Shown: positions 16,958 through 27,114 of the stretch, in pieces
Layout of the letters: every line of letters begins with the position of its first letter
How positions within the stretch are numbered: position 1 is the first letter of the stretch
NCBI GenBank assembly: GCA_018694295.1
Contig: JABHNK010000055.1
Coordinates: 65,232-129,231 of the forward strand
Direction of reading: 5' to 3'
DNA: 64,000 bases
Source of the DNA: Waddliaceae bacterium
Lineage (GTDB): Bacteria > Chlamydiota > Chlamydiia > Chlamydiales > JABHNK01
Notes under the pieces: model-generated
Seen by the model: the letters and a program-made list of their open reading frames with translations, nothing else
Told to the model about the DNA's origin: nothing
Database searches by the model: none
Made by a program: the position numbers and the translations under genes

Positions 16958-17875
16958 CTACAGAGCCTCTCTTGGCGACGCAAAGGCATGGTCGACGAGG
17001 TCGTCGATCTTTGCTGTGCCTGCGCACATGACGGTATCGGCACCTCCCCAGTAGAGTTTTATTGTGCCATCGTCTTCGGGGACAGCTCCGCAGGTGAATA
17101 CGACGTTAGGGACATATCCGGTACGTTCCCAAGGGTCTTCGGGTTCGAGGATCCAGTTGTCGCCTATGGCGAGGACTTTTGCTGGATCGTTGAGGTCATG
17201 GACAGCGACGCCTAGGCGGTATACGCTTCCTGCCATCGTCGGGAATACGCCGTGGTATATACTTAGCCATCCTTTTTCTGTCTTTATCGGTGGTGCTCCT
17301 GGGCCTATCTTCATCTCGTCCCAATGGTATTGTTTTGGAAGCATAGCGATTTCAGAGTCGCCCCAATATATAAGGTCGTTGGAGTATGACGCCCATATTG
17401 CCCACGGGCATATATCGGTATGGTGTCTGTCGAGGCGGGCGTATCTGCCATTAATTTTCTCTGGGAAGAGAACGAAATTCCTGGCGTCGGGATGTGATAT
17501 ATATGATATGCGCTCGAGAGTCTTGAAGTCATCGGTTTTGGCAAGACCAATACGTACGCCATAACGCGAGTATGCGCTATATGTTATATAAAAAGATCCT
17601 TCGAGGAATGTTATCCTAGGGTCTTCGACGCCATGTTCTTCGTAGGTGCCTTCTCCTGTCATGAAAGGCTCTGGTGCTGCTGTGAAGTTGAAGCCATCGT
17701 CGCTGGTGGCGAGACCTATTATGCTTCTGCCATTGTGCAGGTGCGACCTGAAGAGCATATAGTATATGCCTTCGTGTTTTGTTACGCCGGCATTATGTAC
17801 CGTCGACACCTGATAAGGTATATCATCTTTTGTTAGGATAGGGTTATTTTGGTATCTCGTTATAAGATCTGGCAT
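16958..17875 (-). CDS. GH130-family glycosidase / beta-mannoside phosphorylase-like protein
   Basis: N-terminal pattern YQNNPILTKDDIPYQVSTVHNAGVTKHEGIYYMLFR and the five-bladed propeller-type repeats are typical of GH130. Start chosen at ATG 17875 (MPDLITRY). The longer start at 17920 is an alternative. Either start overlaps the upstream gene end. Confidence 0.75.
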   Translation of the reverse strand: MPDLITRYQNNPILTKDDIPYQVSTVHNAGVTKHEGIYYMLFRSHLHNGRSIIGLATSDDGFNFTAAPEPFMTGEGTYEEHGVEDPRITFLEGSFYITYSAYSRYGVRIGLAKTDDFKTLERISYISHPDARNFVLFPEKINGRYARLDRHHTDICPWAIWASYSNDLIYWGDSEIAMLPKQYHWDEMKIGPGAPPIKTEKGWLSIYHGVFPTMAGSVYRLGVAVHDLNDPAKVLAIGDNWILEPEDPWERTGYVPNVVFTCGAVPEDDGTIKLYWGGADTVMCAGTAKIDDLVDHAFASPREAL

Positions 17876-18905
17876 GTCGGCCTCCTTGGCGTCTGAAAAT
17901 TTCATGGTAGACTTTTTCATAATTTTCTACCATAACATCCAAGGAAAAATTTTGTTCTACGCGGTCGCGGCATGCTTTTCGGGAGATTGTATCGATCTTA
18001 TGTATCGCTGCGACGGCGTCATCGACATCTTCGACGACGAATCCTGTGGTGCCATCGGCGACGACTTCTCGGCAAGACCCTCTGTCGAGAGCTATTACCG
18101 GAACTCCTACCGCCATAGCTTCTGCCATGACGAGCCCGAACCTTTCTGGCAAGGTGTTGAGGTGTAGCACTGCAAGAGCTTGAGCTAAAAGCTCTTCGCG
18201 CTCGCGAGGGCCTACAGGCCCGACATACTGTATCTGTTTACCATCGATATGGGGTTTCACCATTGTCGTGAAGTATTCTTCATCTTGGATGATGCCAGCG
18301 ATGAGAAGCTCCATTCCGGCTTTTTTTGCTGCCTCGGCAGCTAGGTGTACGCCTTTATCGGGGTGTATGCGTCCTAGGAATACGAGCTTATCACCGGACT
18401 TTTCGTTGTATGTAAAGTCTTTTAGGTCGATGCCGTTGTATACCGTATCGACATATTCGAGGCCGGGGTCTCTGTCGGAGTCGCTGATGGAGACGAAATA
18501 TGAGGTGTCACGGTATTTGTGATACGCCGGCAGAATCTTCGGCGACGAGAAGCCATGGATGGTGGTGAGCATCGGCGTATCGATAAGACGCGAATATGTC
18601 AGTGGCAGAAAATCATAATTATTATGGATGAGGTCATATTCGCTGGCGCGTTCCATAACTTCGGAGATATGAAGACATTCCGATACTTTTGGGTCTTGCT
18701 GTCGGTCTTCTTCGTAGCTTTTATCGACGGCGGATACGAGGTTCGCCTTGGTGATGGAATCCCCTGTAGCGAAAAGCGTGACGTCCCACCCGCGACGTAC
18801 GAGACCTTCGGTGATATTGCTAGCGACGGTCTCCCATGCGCCATACTGTCGCGGCGGCGTGCGCCATGCACATGGCGACAAGACGGCGATACGTTTCGAT
18901 GCCAT
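17844..18905 (-). CDS. Glycosyltransferase family 4 (GT-B)
   Basis: MASKRIAVLSPCAWRTPPRQYGAWE start and GT4 E-x7-E region (LPERFGLVMAEAMAVGVPVIA). The start was moved to ATG 18905, 1 nt after the upstream stop; the track ORF reaches 18974. Confidence 0.8.
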   Translation of the reverse strand: MASKRIAVLSPCAWRTPPRQYGAWETVASNITEGLVRRGWDVTLFATGDSITKANLVSAVDKSYEEDRQQDPKVSECLHISEVMERASEYDLIHNNYDFLPLTYSRLIDTPMLTTIHGFSSPKILPAYHKYRDTSYFVSISDSDRDPGLEYVDTVYNGIDLKDFTYNEKSGDKLVFLGRIHPDKGVHLAAEAAKKAGMELLIAGIIQDEEYFTTMVKPHIDGKQIQYVGPVGPREREELLAQALAVLHLNTLPERFGLVMAEAMAVGVPVIALDRGSCREVVADGTTGFVVEDVDDAVAAIHKIDTISRKACRDRVEQNFSLDVMVENYEKVYHEIFRRQGGRHARSYNEIPK

Positions 18906-18906
18906 A

Positions 18907-21273
18907 CTACACCTCCACAATGTTTTCCATGGTGTTTTTATTTTTTTCTGGGATCTCTTCTGGGAAGAAGACATCGCTTGGCAAGGTATGAAGTTTCAAC
19001 AACGCGAGGAACCATGCCAACGTCGATTCTGCACCTTGGTTTCTGTTGGGCCCTGTAACCTGAAGTCCATCGCAGCACCCTCCTGTTATAGGGTCGTACA
19101 GTGGAACCTGCAGGTCGTTATATCCCAAGAACCATCTGAAGCATCGTGATGCTTCCGTCACCCACTTTCTATCTTTAGTAACGCGATATGCTTCGACACA
19201 TGCTTCGACGAGAGCTCCTGCATCGATAGGCTGCTGATCAAAGCGTGCGCTTTTCTTTTTGTTTCTCTCTTTCCATCCAGCATTTCCTACTATCGTTATA
19301 TGTCCTTTTTCGCTGGTCTGTATATCGAGAAGCCACTGCAAAGATTTAAGCCCTGCTTTTATCATAGCGTCGTTTTCTAGTCCTTTCCCTGCTACAAGCA
19401 AAGCCTGTGGGAAGCGTGCGTTGGCATATGTTAAAATGTCTTCAAACCACGGCCAATCTTCTGAAGCATTACCTTCATAAAGGCCATACAATTTTTTCGC
19501 CAAAGTTTTTCTCATACCTTTTACGAAAGCGTCGCCACCAAAACGGCGCAGATAAACTTCTATGCCGATAAGTGCGAACATCCAGCTTCGTGGCGAAGAA
19601 AATTTCTCTACGGCAGGAAGTCCATCGACGAAGAAACATGCCGCAGGTCTTGTGATATCGTCGCTTAATGACGACGATGCCACGACACCAAGGCTCCATA
19701 ATGCTCTACCGTGGGAGTCTTCACTGCCGGCCTTTTCAAGCCACTTTCTGTCGTACGAAAGGAAGTTCCTGAAACGTCCTACTTTGTCGTCGAAAGCTGC
19801 GTGGATGAAAGAGATGTAATTTCTTACTAGTGGCAGGACGTTATCATCTTTATAAATGCCATAATGGTTCGATACCGCTATCAATGCCCTTGCGTTATCA
19901 TCGACACAATACCCATGGAATCTGTTAGGTATGGAATATGTGGCGTGCTGGAATATCCCTGTGTCGTCTGTCATAGCATATATATATCGAAGGTCTATCT
20001 TAGGAAGGGTCATCATGCCGTCAGTTACCTGTCCTTCAGTGTTCATTGTTCGCGGGTGCTGCCCCCTTTCCTCGAAAGCTTCCTGAAATATCTTAGCATA
20101 AGATTTCCCCACTGCAGACCATACCATGTCACGGCCTTGGTGGTATGCTTTTTTCCTTATAGAATGACGATGAACGGCATCATCGAGAAGATGGACGATA
20201 TTCTCTGCGAGAGCTTTGCTGTCACCGAAAGGGAACAATATACCGCGCCCTTCAGCGAGAAGCTCTTCGGCGTGGCGGTATGGTGTCGAAACTACTGGCT
20301 TTCCGGCGCCGGCGGCATACGCCAGCGTCCCTGATGTTATCTGCTCGGCATTATGGTATGGCGTTACGTAGACATCAGCGCTTCCTATGTATTCGCATAG
20401 TTTCTCTAGGGAGACGAACTCATCGACGAAGATGACATTGTCTTCGAGGCCTAGCTCTTTTGTGAGAGCAACGAGGCTTTCGCGATATTCTTCGCCGTGG
20501 TCGCGCTTAACATGTGGATGTGTCTTCCCGAGACATATATATACGGCGCGCGGATGTTTTTTCACGACATCAGCCATTGCCTTTATGGCAACTTCGATAC
20601 CTTTTCCTGAAGATAACAATCCAAAGGTAAGGATAACATCGCGTCCTTCGACGCCGAAGTTGTCTTTGTAGTAGTTGGGGTCAATAAACGAGACGTCTGG
20701 TATGCCGTGTGGTATCATAGCGAGCTTCGTATCAGGGATGTCGTATACTTCTTTGAGGATCTTCTTAGCATATTCCGTCATAACAACGACCTTACTAGAC
20801 AGCTGTATTATCTCTTCTGTAACTCTACGCTGATCGTCGTTAGGATGTGACAGAACGGTATGCATATTTGTTATTATAGGCATATGGAGGTCGCGCATCA
20901 TCTCGAGGAGATGTTCTCCAGCAGCGCCACCATAGATACCATATTCATGCTGGATAAGGACGACTTCGGTGTTGTTGTAGTTCATATAGTCGGCGACGCT
21001 AGCGTAGTCTTTGGCGACATCATCACGAAGCTGTAGCCTAACCATCTCGGGGTACGGATACCCTTCGACGACGTCGTCCATAGCAACGGCGTATACACGA
21101 TCAGCGCCCATCTCTGCGGCCATACATTTACATGTGTCTTCAGTAAACGTCGCAATACCACACATCCGCGGCGTGTAATTTCCGATGACAGCGATCTTCC
21201 CGAGGGCAAGACTTCGATACTGCATCCTGTGCATCGCCATGCTTTTGCTTCTTGCATTTTTAGGCATCGTCAT
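18907..21273 (-). CDS. Fusion protein: N-terminal GT4 glycosyltransferase plus a ~370-aa C-terminal helical (alpha/alpha-barrel-like) domain
   Basis: 788 aa with an AAGGAG RBS. The N-terminus is KIAVIGNYTPRMCGIATFTED and the GT4 core contains TPYHNAEQITSGTLAYAAGAGKPVVST. The C-terminal half (YCVDDNARALIAV.., SHGRALWSLG.., AGALVEACVEAY) resembles a glycoside-hydrolase-like toroid. Confidence 0.65.
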   Translation of the reverse strand: MTMPKNARSKSMAMHRMQYRSLALGKIAVIGNYTPRMCGIATFTEDTCKCMAAEMGADRVYAVAMDDVVEGYPYPEMVRLQLRDDVAKDYASVADYMNYNNTEVVLIQHEYGIYGGAAGEHLLEMMRDLHMPIITNMHTVLSHPNDDQRRVTEEIIQLSSKVVVMTEYAKKILKEVYDIPDTKLAMIPHGIPDVSFIDPNYYKDNFGVEGRDVILTFGLLSSGKGIEVAIKAMADVVKKHPRAVYICLGKTHPHVKRDHGEEYRESLVALTKELGLEDNVIFVDEFVSLEKLCEYIGSADVYVTPYHNAEQITSGTLAYAAGAGKPVVSTPYRHAEELLAEGRGILFPFGDSKALAENIVHLLDDAVHRHSIRKKAYHQGRDMVWSAVGKSYAKIFQEAFEERGQHPRTMNTEGQVTDGMMTLPKIDLRYIYAMTDDTGIFQHATYSIPNRFHGYCVDDNARALIAVSNHYGIYKDDNVLPLVRNYISFIHAAFDDKVGRFRNFLSYDRKWLEKAGSEDSHGRALWSLGVVASSSLSDDITRPAACFFVDGLPAVEKFSSPRSWMFALIGIEVYLRRFGGDAFVKGMRKTLAKKLYGLYEGNASEDWPWFEDILTYANARFPQALLVAGKGLENDAMIKAGLKSLQWLLDIQTSEKGHITIVGNAGWKERNKKKSARFDQQPIDAGALVEACVEAYRVTKDRKWVTEASRCFRWFLGYNDLQVPLYDPITGGCCDGLQVTGPNRNQGAESTLAWFLALLKLHTLPSDVFFPEEIPEKNKNTMENIVEV

Positions 21274-21421
21274 CTATCTCCTTTATTTAACCAATGTTTG
21301 TGATATATCCTCTTACCACAGCAAACAATACCACGGAGTCATCGTTATTGGCAATACATACAATCCGGCAGAATTATAACTTGTTAATATTTGTGTTTTT
21401 TTGGTAAGATATGTGTTCTTC

Positions 21422-21505
21422 GCGGAAGTGGCGAAATTGGTAGACGCGCTATCTTGAGGGGGTAGTGACTTAATTGTCGTGGGGGTTCGAGTCCCCCCTT
21501 TCGCA
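21422..21505 (+). tRNA. tRNA-Leu (anticodon GAG)
   Basis: GCGGAAGTGGCGAAATTGGTAGACGCGCTATCTTGAGGGGGTAG + long variable arm + GGGGGTTCGAGTCCCCCCTTTCGCA. Anticodon loop is TTGAGGG. Confidence 0.9.
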
Positions 21506-21524
21506 ATCTATAGATAAAAAAAAA

Positions 21525-21555
21525 GCCGAGGTTATTAAGACCTCGGCTTTTTTAT
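21525..21555. terminator. Bidirectional rho-independent terminator
   Basis: Hairpin gccgaggt-tattaag-acctcggc is flanked by an A9 run upstream and ttttttatttt downstream. It lies between tRNA-Leu (+) and the euo-like gene (-). Confidence 0.8.
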
Positions 21556-21574
21556 TTTCATGTATTATAAAAAA

Positions 21575-22042
21575 TTAGCTTACTTTGCTTTTCTCTTCTA
21601 CAGAACCTTTTTCAAGATAACTTTTGCGGTACTCTTCGATAGCGTCAGTATGGACAACCCATGCTGCACCACAACGATGAGCTTTCATGATGCCAGCGCG
21701 CGTAGCATAATATATCTTCTGCGCAGGGACTTCGAGCATTCTTGCAACTTGATTTATAGAATAATACCCTTTTCCGTTGTCGAAAAGAAGTTCTCCATTA
21801 TAGACAGACTTCGTTCTAGAATATTTATTCTTACGATACTCTTCAAGATCAGCGAGGTCAATAGTCCAACGCGTAGTCTTCTTAGTAGCCTTAAGCTTCT
21901 TAAGCTTAATAGCAACATAGATAGCTTGGCGCGTAACATTGTTGAGCTTCGCAGCTTCGGTGATTGACAATATCTTATTTTCAACCTTTTGAGTACACCC
22001 TTCATCGGCACACATCTTTTCTACCTCATTATATTCAGGCAT
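21575..22042 (-). CDS. euo: EUO-like DNA-binding protein (two excisionase/MerR-type HTH modules)
   Basis: 155 aa. Contains LSITEAAKLNNVTRQAIYVAIKLKKLKA..RWTIDLADLEEYRKNKYSRTKS..GELLFDNGKGYYSINQVARMLEVPAQKIYYATRAGIMKAHRCGAAWVV. This matches my recollection of chlamydial EUO. A very AT-rich upstream region follows. Confidence 0.6.
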   Translation of the reverse strand: MPEYNEVEKMCADEGCTQKVENKILSITEAAKLNNVTRQAIYVAIKLKKLKATKKTTRWTIDLADLEEYRKNKYSRTKSVYNGELLFDNGKGYYSINQVARMLEVPAQKIYYATRAGIMKAHRCGAAWVVHTDAIEEYRKSYLEKGSVEEKSKVS

Positions 22043-22286
22043 ACTGTTCTCCTTGTTATTATATTATATAATTTTTAAAATATATTTTATGTTGTTTATT
22101 ACGTTTTAGTTTATATTATATGTAAAAACAAAAAGATTATTGCATATAAACATAATTAAAACAAGTATTTTCTATATATTACTAAAAATTTTCTTCTTAC
22201 TGAAAAATGTGGTTTTTCAAAAAAAATGATGAAATTAAGGGATCTGGTGAGCTATTGTTTCATTCTTCGCAATCACGGGCTATAAT

Positions 22287-24176
22287 ATGTTTCGTCGCGT
22301 TCTTTATTTTTTGTTATTTTGCTGTTCTTTAGAGGGTGGCTTCCCTGCTATTGACGGTGATATTGTATGTTCTAAGGTCTCTGATATTGCTTCTGCGCAC
22401 ATGAAATATGACTGTATTAACGAGGAGCTTATTTCTCGTGCTTTTTTAAATTTCATTGACGACCTTGATCCTTTGAAGTGTTATTTCATCCGTTCTGACA
22501 TTGAGCGCTGGCTTTTGCCGTCGTCGGAACTGCTTCGTTCTGCTGTACTCGACTACAATAGTGGTGATTTCTCTTCTTTTGAGGAGATTTTCTCTATTAT
22601 GTCCAAGGCCATAGAGCGTCGTTCGAGCTTTGCTATTGATGATATCGAGGGTATTATTCCAGAATCGCTAGGTTCTGATTTTTTTCATCGTCTTGACTGG
22701 GCTGATGATGAGGGTGCTCTTTGTGAACGCATTGCTTTTGTCCGTGATTTGGAGCTTCGTGCTGCAGAAGGTTTTGGTGACGAAGGGGGGCGGCGTGCTC
22801 TTGCACGCATTGCCAAGAGGCGACGATTTCATGAAGATGATATCCTTAACGATAATATCGTTGAGCGTATCAGGTATTTTTTCACTACTGTTTTGAAGGC
22901 TTTAGCGTCTTCTTTCGACGCTCATACGATGTATTTCACCCCTGCCGAGGCGCAGCAGCTTCTCATCGACATCCAGCAGCGCATTTTTGGAATAGGCGTA
23001 CAGATTCGCGATGACCTTGATGGTTTTACTGTTACCGACATCCTCGACGAGGCGTCAGCGGCATTCCAAGACCTTGTTGTTGGCGACAGGATCGTCGCTG
23101 TAGACGGTATTTCTGTTGTCAAGATATCTATCGAAGAGCTTGCTGATCTCATCCGCGGCGAGAAGGGTTCCGAGATTATTCTTACCGTCGTCCGCGATGG
23201 TGTTGATGGAGACTTCGACGTCGCCATAACAAGAGAAGAGTTTATTATCCCTGATGCCCGCATTGAGACTTCTTTCGAGCCTTTCGGTGATGGAGGCATT
23301 GCCGTAATAAAGCTTCATAGTTTCTACCAAGACCCTTGTTTTTCTTCTGCCGGTGATATTTCTGCTGCTATAAAAGAGTTGAACCTTTCTTATAAACTAT
23401 CAGGTGTTGTCCTTGATCTTCGTGGTAATGGCGGCGGACTTCTTTCACAGGCGATAGCGGTGTCAGGACTTTTCATAACGCAGGGTGTCGTTGTCTCTGT
23501 AAAAGACAGCGAAGGCATGATATCGCGTTTTCGAGACTTCTCAGGAAAGGTTTCATGGGACGGCCCTCTTATCATCGTCACTGACAGGCTTAGCGCTTCG
23601 GCGTCGGAGATAGTGGCGCAGACGCTCCAGGATTATGGTCGCGCTATAGTTATTGGCGACGACCACACCCTCGGAAAAGGAACCTTTCAAACTTTTACCG
23701 CCGACGACTCCCAAGAGGGCGTCATCTCCGCCGAAGGAGAATATAAGGTAACGCGAGGGATGTATTATACTGCCTCGGGGAGGAGCCCTCAGCTTACCGG
23801 CGTCATCCCCGACATCGTCGTCCCCGGTATTTTCGCTATGCGTCCCATCGGCGAGAAATATGCGAAGTACCCCATTAGCAACGATATTATTGTTCCTTCT
23901 TTTGATGACGACATGGAAGACCTTCCTTTTCTTCAGCGCAAACGCATATCGAAGATTTACTCGTACAACATCCAGAAAAAGCTTACCACCTACACCTATC
24001 ATCTTGCTACATTGCATAATAATACCATGAAGCGCTTAGAGAACAACAACCGATATAAGATGTTCCTAAAAGACCTTTCCTCTGGCGACAGCATCTCTTC
24101 AGGCTCTGAAGATTTCCAGCTTGCCGAAGCGCTAAACATCACCAAAGATCTTGTTGTTTTATGCAATGCCGACTAG
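22287..24176 (+). CDS. tsp: Tail-specific (C-terminal processing) protease, peptidase S41
   Basis: 629 aa. It has a signal peptide, a PDZ domain (GIGVQIRDDLDGFTVTDI..GDRIVAVDG), and S41 motifs (VLDLRGNGGGLL and SASASEIVAQTLQDYGRAIVIGD). Confidence 0.85.
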   Translation: MFRRVLYFLLFCCSLEGGFPAIDGDIVCSKVSDIASAHMKYDCINEELISRAFLNFIDDLDPLKCYFIRSDIERWLLPSSELLRSAVLDYNSGDFSSFEEIFSIMSKAIERRSSFAIDDIEGIIPESLGSDFFHRLDWADDEGALCERIAFVRDLELRAAEGFGDEGGRRALARIAKRRRFHEDDILNDNIVERIRYFFTTVLKALASSFDAHTMYFTPAEAQQLLIDIQQRIFGIGVQIRDDLDGFTVTDILDEASAAFQDLVVGDRIVAVDGISVVKISIEELADLIRGEKGSEIILTVVRDGVDGDFDVAITREEFIIPDARIETSFEPFGDGGIAVIKLHSFYQDPCFSSAGDISAAIKELNLSYKLSGVVLDLRGNGGGLLSQAIAVSGLFITQGVVVSVKDSEGMISRFRDFSGKVSWDGPLIIVTDRLSASASEIVAQTLQDYGRAIVIGDDHTLGKGTFQTFTADDSQEGVISAEGEYKVTRGMYYTASGRSPQLTGVIPDIVVPGIFAMRPIGEKYAKYPISNDIIVPSFDDDMEDLPFLQRKRISKIYSYNIQKKLTTYTYHLATLHNNTMKRLENNNRYKMFLKDLSSGDSISSGSEDFQLAEALNITKDLVVLCNAD

Positions 24177-25470
24177 AGAAAAGCAGCAAAACTCGGAACT
24201 TTCATAAAAGCCGGCTTAGGAAATAATGAAGCAGAGCCTTTTTTTGGCTCTATTGTTATAGGACTTTTCAAACGTTTATAGTGTTGTAATTTTTCTTTGC
24301 ACTTATCAAAAACGCTCTGCGCCACAACAGGACAATAACCTTTAGGTGGGTTTTCAAGAAAAGTACTGAACTGCTTGATCGCTGACTCTCTGTCATATAA
24401 CGTCCATGCTTTATATATCTTGCGAGCTTCTTTAAGAGCATCTTTTTCTTTACCTTTCTCCAAATTTTCTATAGAAAACATCGCACAAAAAATCAATGCA
24501 AAAAACGTCGTCTTTGTGCTAGCCCAGGAACAATTTCCAACGCTCTGACCTTTTAATCTATGAGTTGTTATTTTCGCAAAAAGATTCTTATCAATACCCA
24601 TATTACAAATATGCTCTGTAACTTCTTGTGTCTTTTTTTCCGAAGCCTCTTCGAAAGCAAATAGTTAATAATCTCTTCGAGATTACTTCTATCTATCATC
24701 GTATATACTTGTAAACCCGGATCTAGATGTAGCTTCTGATCATGATTGCTGACGACAATCTTACCACCCCGATTACATATTATAAGATAGTCTTTAAAAA
24801 TCGCCGCCATAATAAGGTGATTTTTTAGATAAACAGGCAATATCACCGGTTTCGTTTTAGACAGCTCTAATATTTTTGAAGTGTCGCGTTGAATATCACG
24901 AAAAGCCTCGAAAAGCTCTAAAGTCTTTTTTACATCTTCATCTGTAAAGGAAAAGGCCTTTTTCGTCTCTTCTTCTTGGAAAAAATTTGCTGCCGAGCTG
25001 TGCAAGGAATCAAATATAATATTTCTAAACTTACTGCTAAATCCTTCCATAGATATCGTTCTATCACCGGATTTCTCTCCTCCTTCTAAAGAAAAACGAT
25101 GTGACATCAGCTTAACAGAAAGTGCAAACGATGAAGAAAACGGCAGTAATCGCAAAGGGTCATACAAACCTATTATTGCGTCAGTAAAAATTTTCTTTAT
25201 AATAGGTATTATTCCCAAAGCGCGCTCTTTGATAGCAGAAAATTTACGTTGGCAAAGAAGCACCGGAAAAGAAGCTGCTAGAATGACGCCCTGAATCATA
25301 ACATCTATAGCCGCAAAAAACGGCGTGGCGACAGCGATAACTCTCGTCACAACGTCTTTTTTAATAAATTTCATGAAACCCTTGCTATCTGTTGCCGCTA
25401 GCGCTTCTATAGGAGATCGAACATACACTTCAATACAAAGCATATCTGCGGGTTTTATGATAAAAGGCAT
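24173..25470 (-). pseudogene. Split gene: two overlapping ORFs (24568..25470 and 24173..24601) that would fuse with one extra A in an A7 run
   Basis: The downstream frame stays open upstream of its ATG (..LFAFEEASEKKTQEVTEHICNMGID), back to a stop at 24665..24667. The upstream frame turns into a basic/hydrophobic tail (LRKKRHKKLQSIFVIWVLIRIFLRK) right after the homopolymer at 24633..24639. The N-terminal part has a bilobed hydrophobic segment (VIAVATPFFAAIDVMIQGVILAASFPVLL). Confidence 0.45.
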
Positions 25471-25540
25471 CTTTTTTCCTTAAATGGTTTAATATCAAGA
25501 TATTATTATACCATACAATTAAATTTTTGTCAATAACTGG

Positions 25541-25569
25541 TTGTATATATTAGCTTTCGGCGTTATAAT
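25541..25569 (+). promoter_or_regulatory. Sigma70-type promoter candidate for gltX
   Basis: TTGTAT (25541..25546), a 17-nt spacer, then TATAAT (25564..25569), about 43 nt upstream of the ATG at 25612. Confidence 0.45.
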
Positions 25570-25611
25570 CTCGAGTCATAACAAAAAACACTACCATCGC
25601 AGGTTTATACT

Positions 25612-27114
25612 ATGACAGTACGAGTACGTATCGCACCTTCGCCTACTGGCGACCCACATGTTGGAACGGCATATATGGCGTTATTCAACCTTATCTTCGC
25701 CCGTCACAATAAGGGTGACTTTATTTTGCGTATCGAAGATACCGACCAGAGCAGAAGCAGGGCAGAATATGAGGAAAACATCTATAAAGCCCTAGAATGG
25801 TGTGGTATTGAGTGGGACGAAGGTCCTGACAAGGGCGGCGACTACGGCCCGTATCGGCAGTCAGAGCGTCTGGACATATACCAAAAGCATTGCCAAAAGC
25901 TCATAGACGATGGCAAGGCCTACAAATGTTTCTGTACAGCGCAAGACCTTGCGGAGATGCGCGAAGTCGCACGAGGGCGTGGTGGCAGACAAGGATACGA
26001 CCGTCGTTGCAGGAACCTCAGCGCCGAGGAGATCGCCGACAAAGAAGCTTCCGGCACACCTTATGTCGTACGTCTAAAAGTCCCTCTTACTGGCGAATGT
26101 GTCTATGAAGATGCCATAAAAGGAAGAAGCACATGCCCATGGGCTGACGTCGATGACCAAGTTCTTCTCAAATCTGACGGCTTCCCAACATACCACCTTG
26201 CCAACATCGTCGACGACCATCTTATGAAGATAACACACGTCATCAGAGGCGACGAATGGATGAGTTCTACACCGAAACACGTCCTCCTTTACGAAGTCTT
26301 TGGGTGGGAGCCTCCTGTCTTCATGCATATGCCTCTACTTCTCGGCACCGATGGCAAGAAGCTGTCGAAGCGTAAAAACCCTACCTCGATATTCTACTAC
26401 CGCGATACCGGGTATCTCCCTGAAGCTTTCATGAACTTCCTCACCCTTATGGGCTATAGCATGCCCGACGACAAAGAGATATATTCTTTAGAAGATATCT
26501 TCAAAGCCTTCGACACCAAAAGAGTCGGCGTCTCTGGTGCCGTCTTCGACGTCAAGAAGCTCGACTGGCTCAACCAGCAATATATCATCAACGACATCCC
26601 CGAAGGCAGTCTATGGGACCGTATCAAAGGCTGGGGATTTTCCGACGAAGCCATGGCGAAACTTATGCCATTATGTCATACGCGGATGAAGACCTTCAGC
26701 GAGTTCATCGAGCTTTGCGGATTCTTCTTCACAACACATATCCCATATTCCGAGGAGCTGCTATGTCCCAAAAGCCTCTCTCCAGAACAATCGTGTTCCA
26801 TGATGTATGAAATGATATGGCATATGGAAAAAAACGAAGACTGGGGATCTTCAGGGATAGAAGCCGCCTCGAAAGCTGCCGCAGAGCATTTCGAAGTCAA
26901 CCATAAAAAGGTCATCATGCCTATCCTCTTCGCCGCCATCATGGGGAAAAAACAGGGACTCCCAATGTTCGGCTCCGTAGAAGTCCTCGGTAAAGACAGG
27001 GCTCGCGCACGACTTCTCCTCGCCATAGAATTCCTCGGTGGACTCTCTAAGAAAAAGATCGACAAACTCAAAAAGTCTTGGGACCGCGGGGAGACAATGA
27101 TCAATGATCAATGA
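25612..27114 (+). CDS. gltX: Glutamyl-tRNA synthetase
   Basis: HIGH motif region [12 protein letters not shown] and KMSKS-type motif KLSKRK. 500 aa. The stop TGA at 27112..27114 lies inside the heptamer array. Confidence 0.92.
   Translation: MTVRVRIAPSPTGDPHVGTAYMALFNLIFARHNKGDFILRIEDTDQSRSRAEYEENIYKALEWCGIEWDEGPDKGGDYGPYRQSERLDIYQKHCQKLIDDGKAYKCFCTAQDLAEMREVARGRGGRQGYDRRCRNLSAEEIADKEASGTPYVVRLKVPLTGECVYEDAIKGRSTCPWADVDDQVLLKSDGFPTYHLANIVDDHLMKITHVIRGDEWMSSTPKHVLLYEVFGWEPPVFMHMPLLLGTDGKKLSKRKNPTSIFYYRDTGYLPEAFMNFLTLMGYSMPDDKEIYSLEDIFKAFDTKRVGVSGAVFDVKKLDWLNQQYIINDIPEGSLWDRIKGWGFSDEAMAKLMPLCHTRMKTFSEFIELCGFFFTTHIPYSEELLCPKSLSPEQSCSMMYEMIWHMEKNEDWGSSGIEAASKAAAEHFEVNHKKVIMPILFAAIMGKKQGLPMFGSVEVLGKDRARARLLLAIEFLGGLSKKKIDKLKKSWDRGETMINDQ

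Noticed and set aside
21422-22042. Excisionase-like HTH gene next to tRNA-Leu as the edge of an integrated element
   Set aside because: No integrase, att-like direct repeat of the tRNA 3' end, or phage genes follow. The protein has two HTH modules and matches the chlamydial EUO pattern, and the neighbours are core genes.
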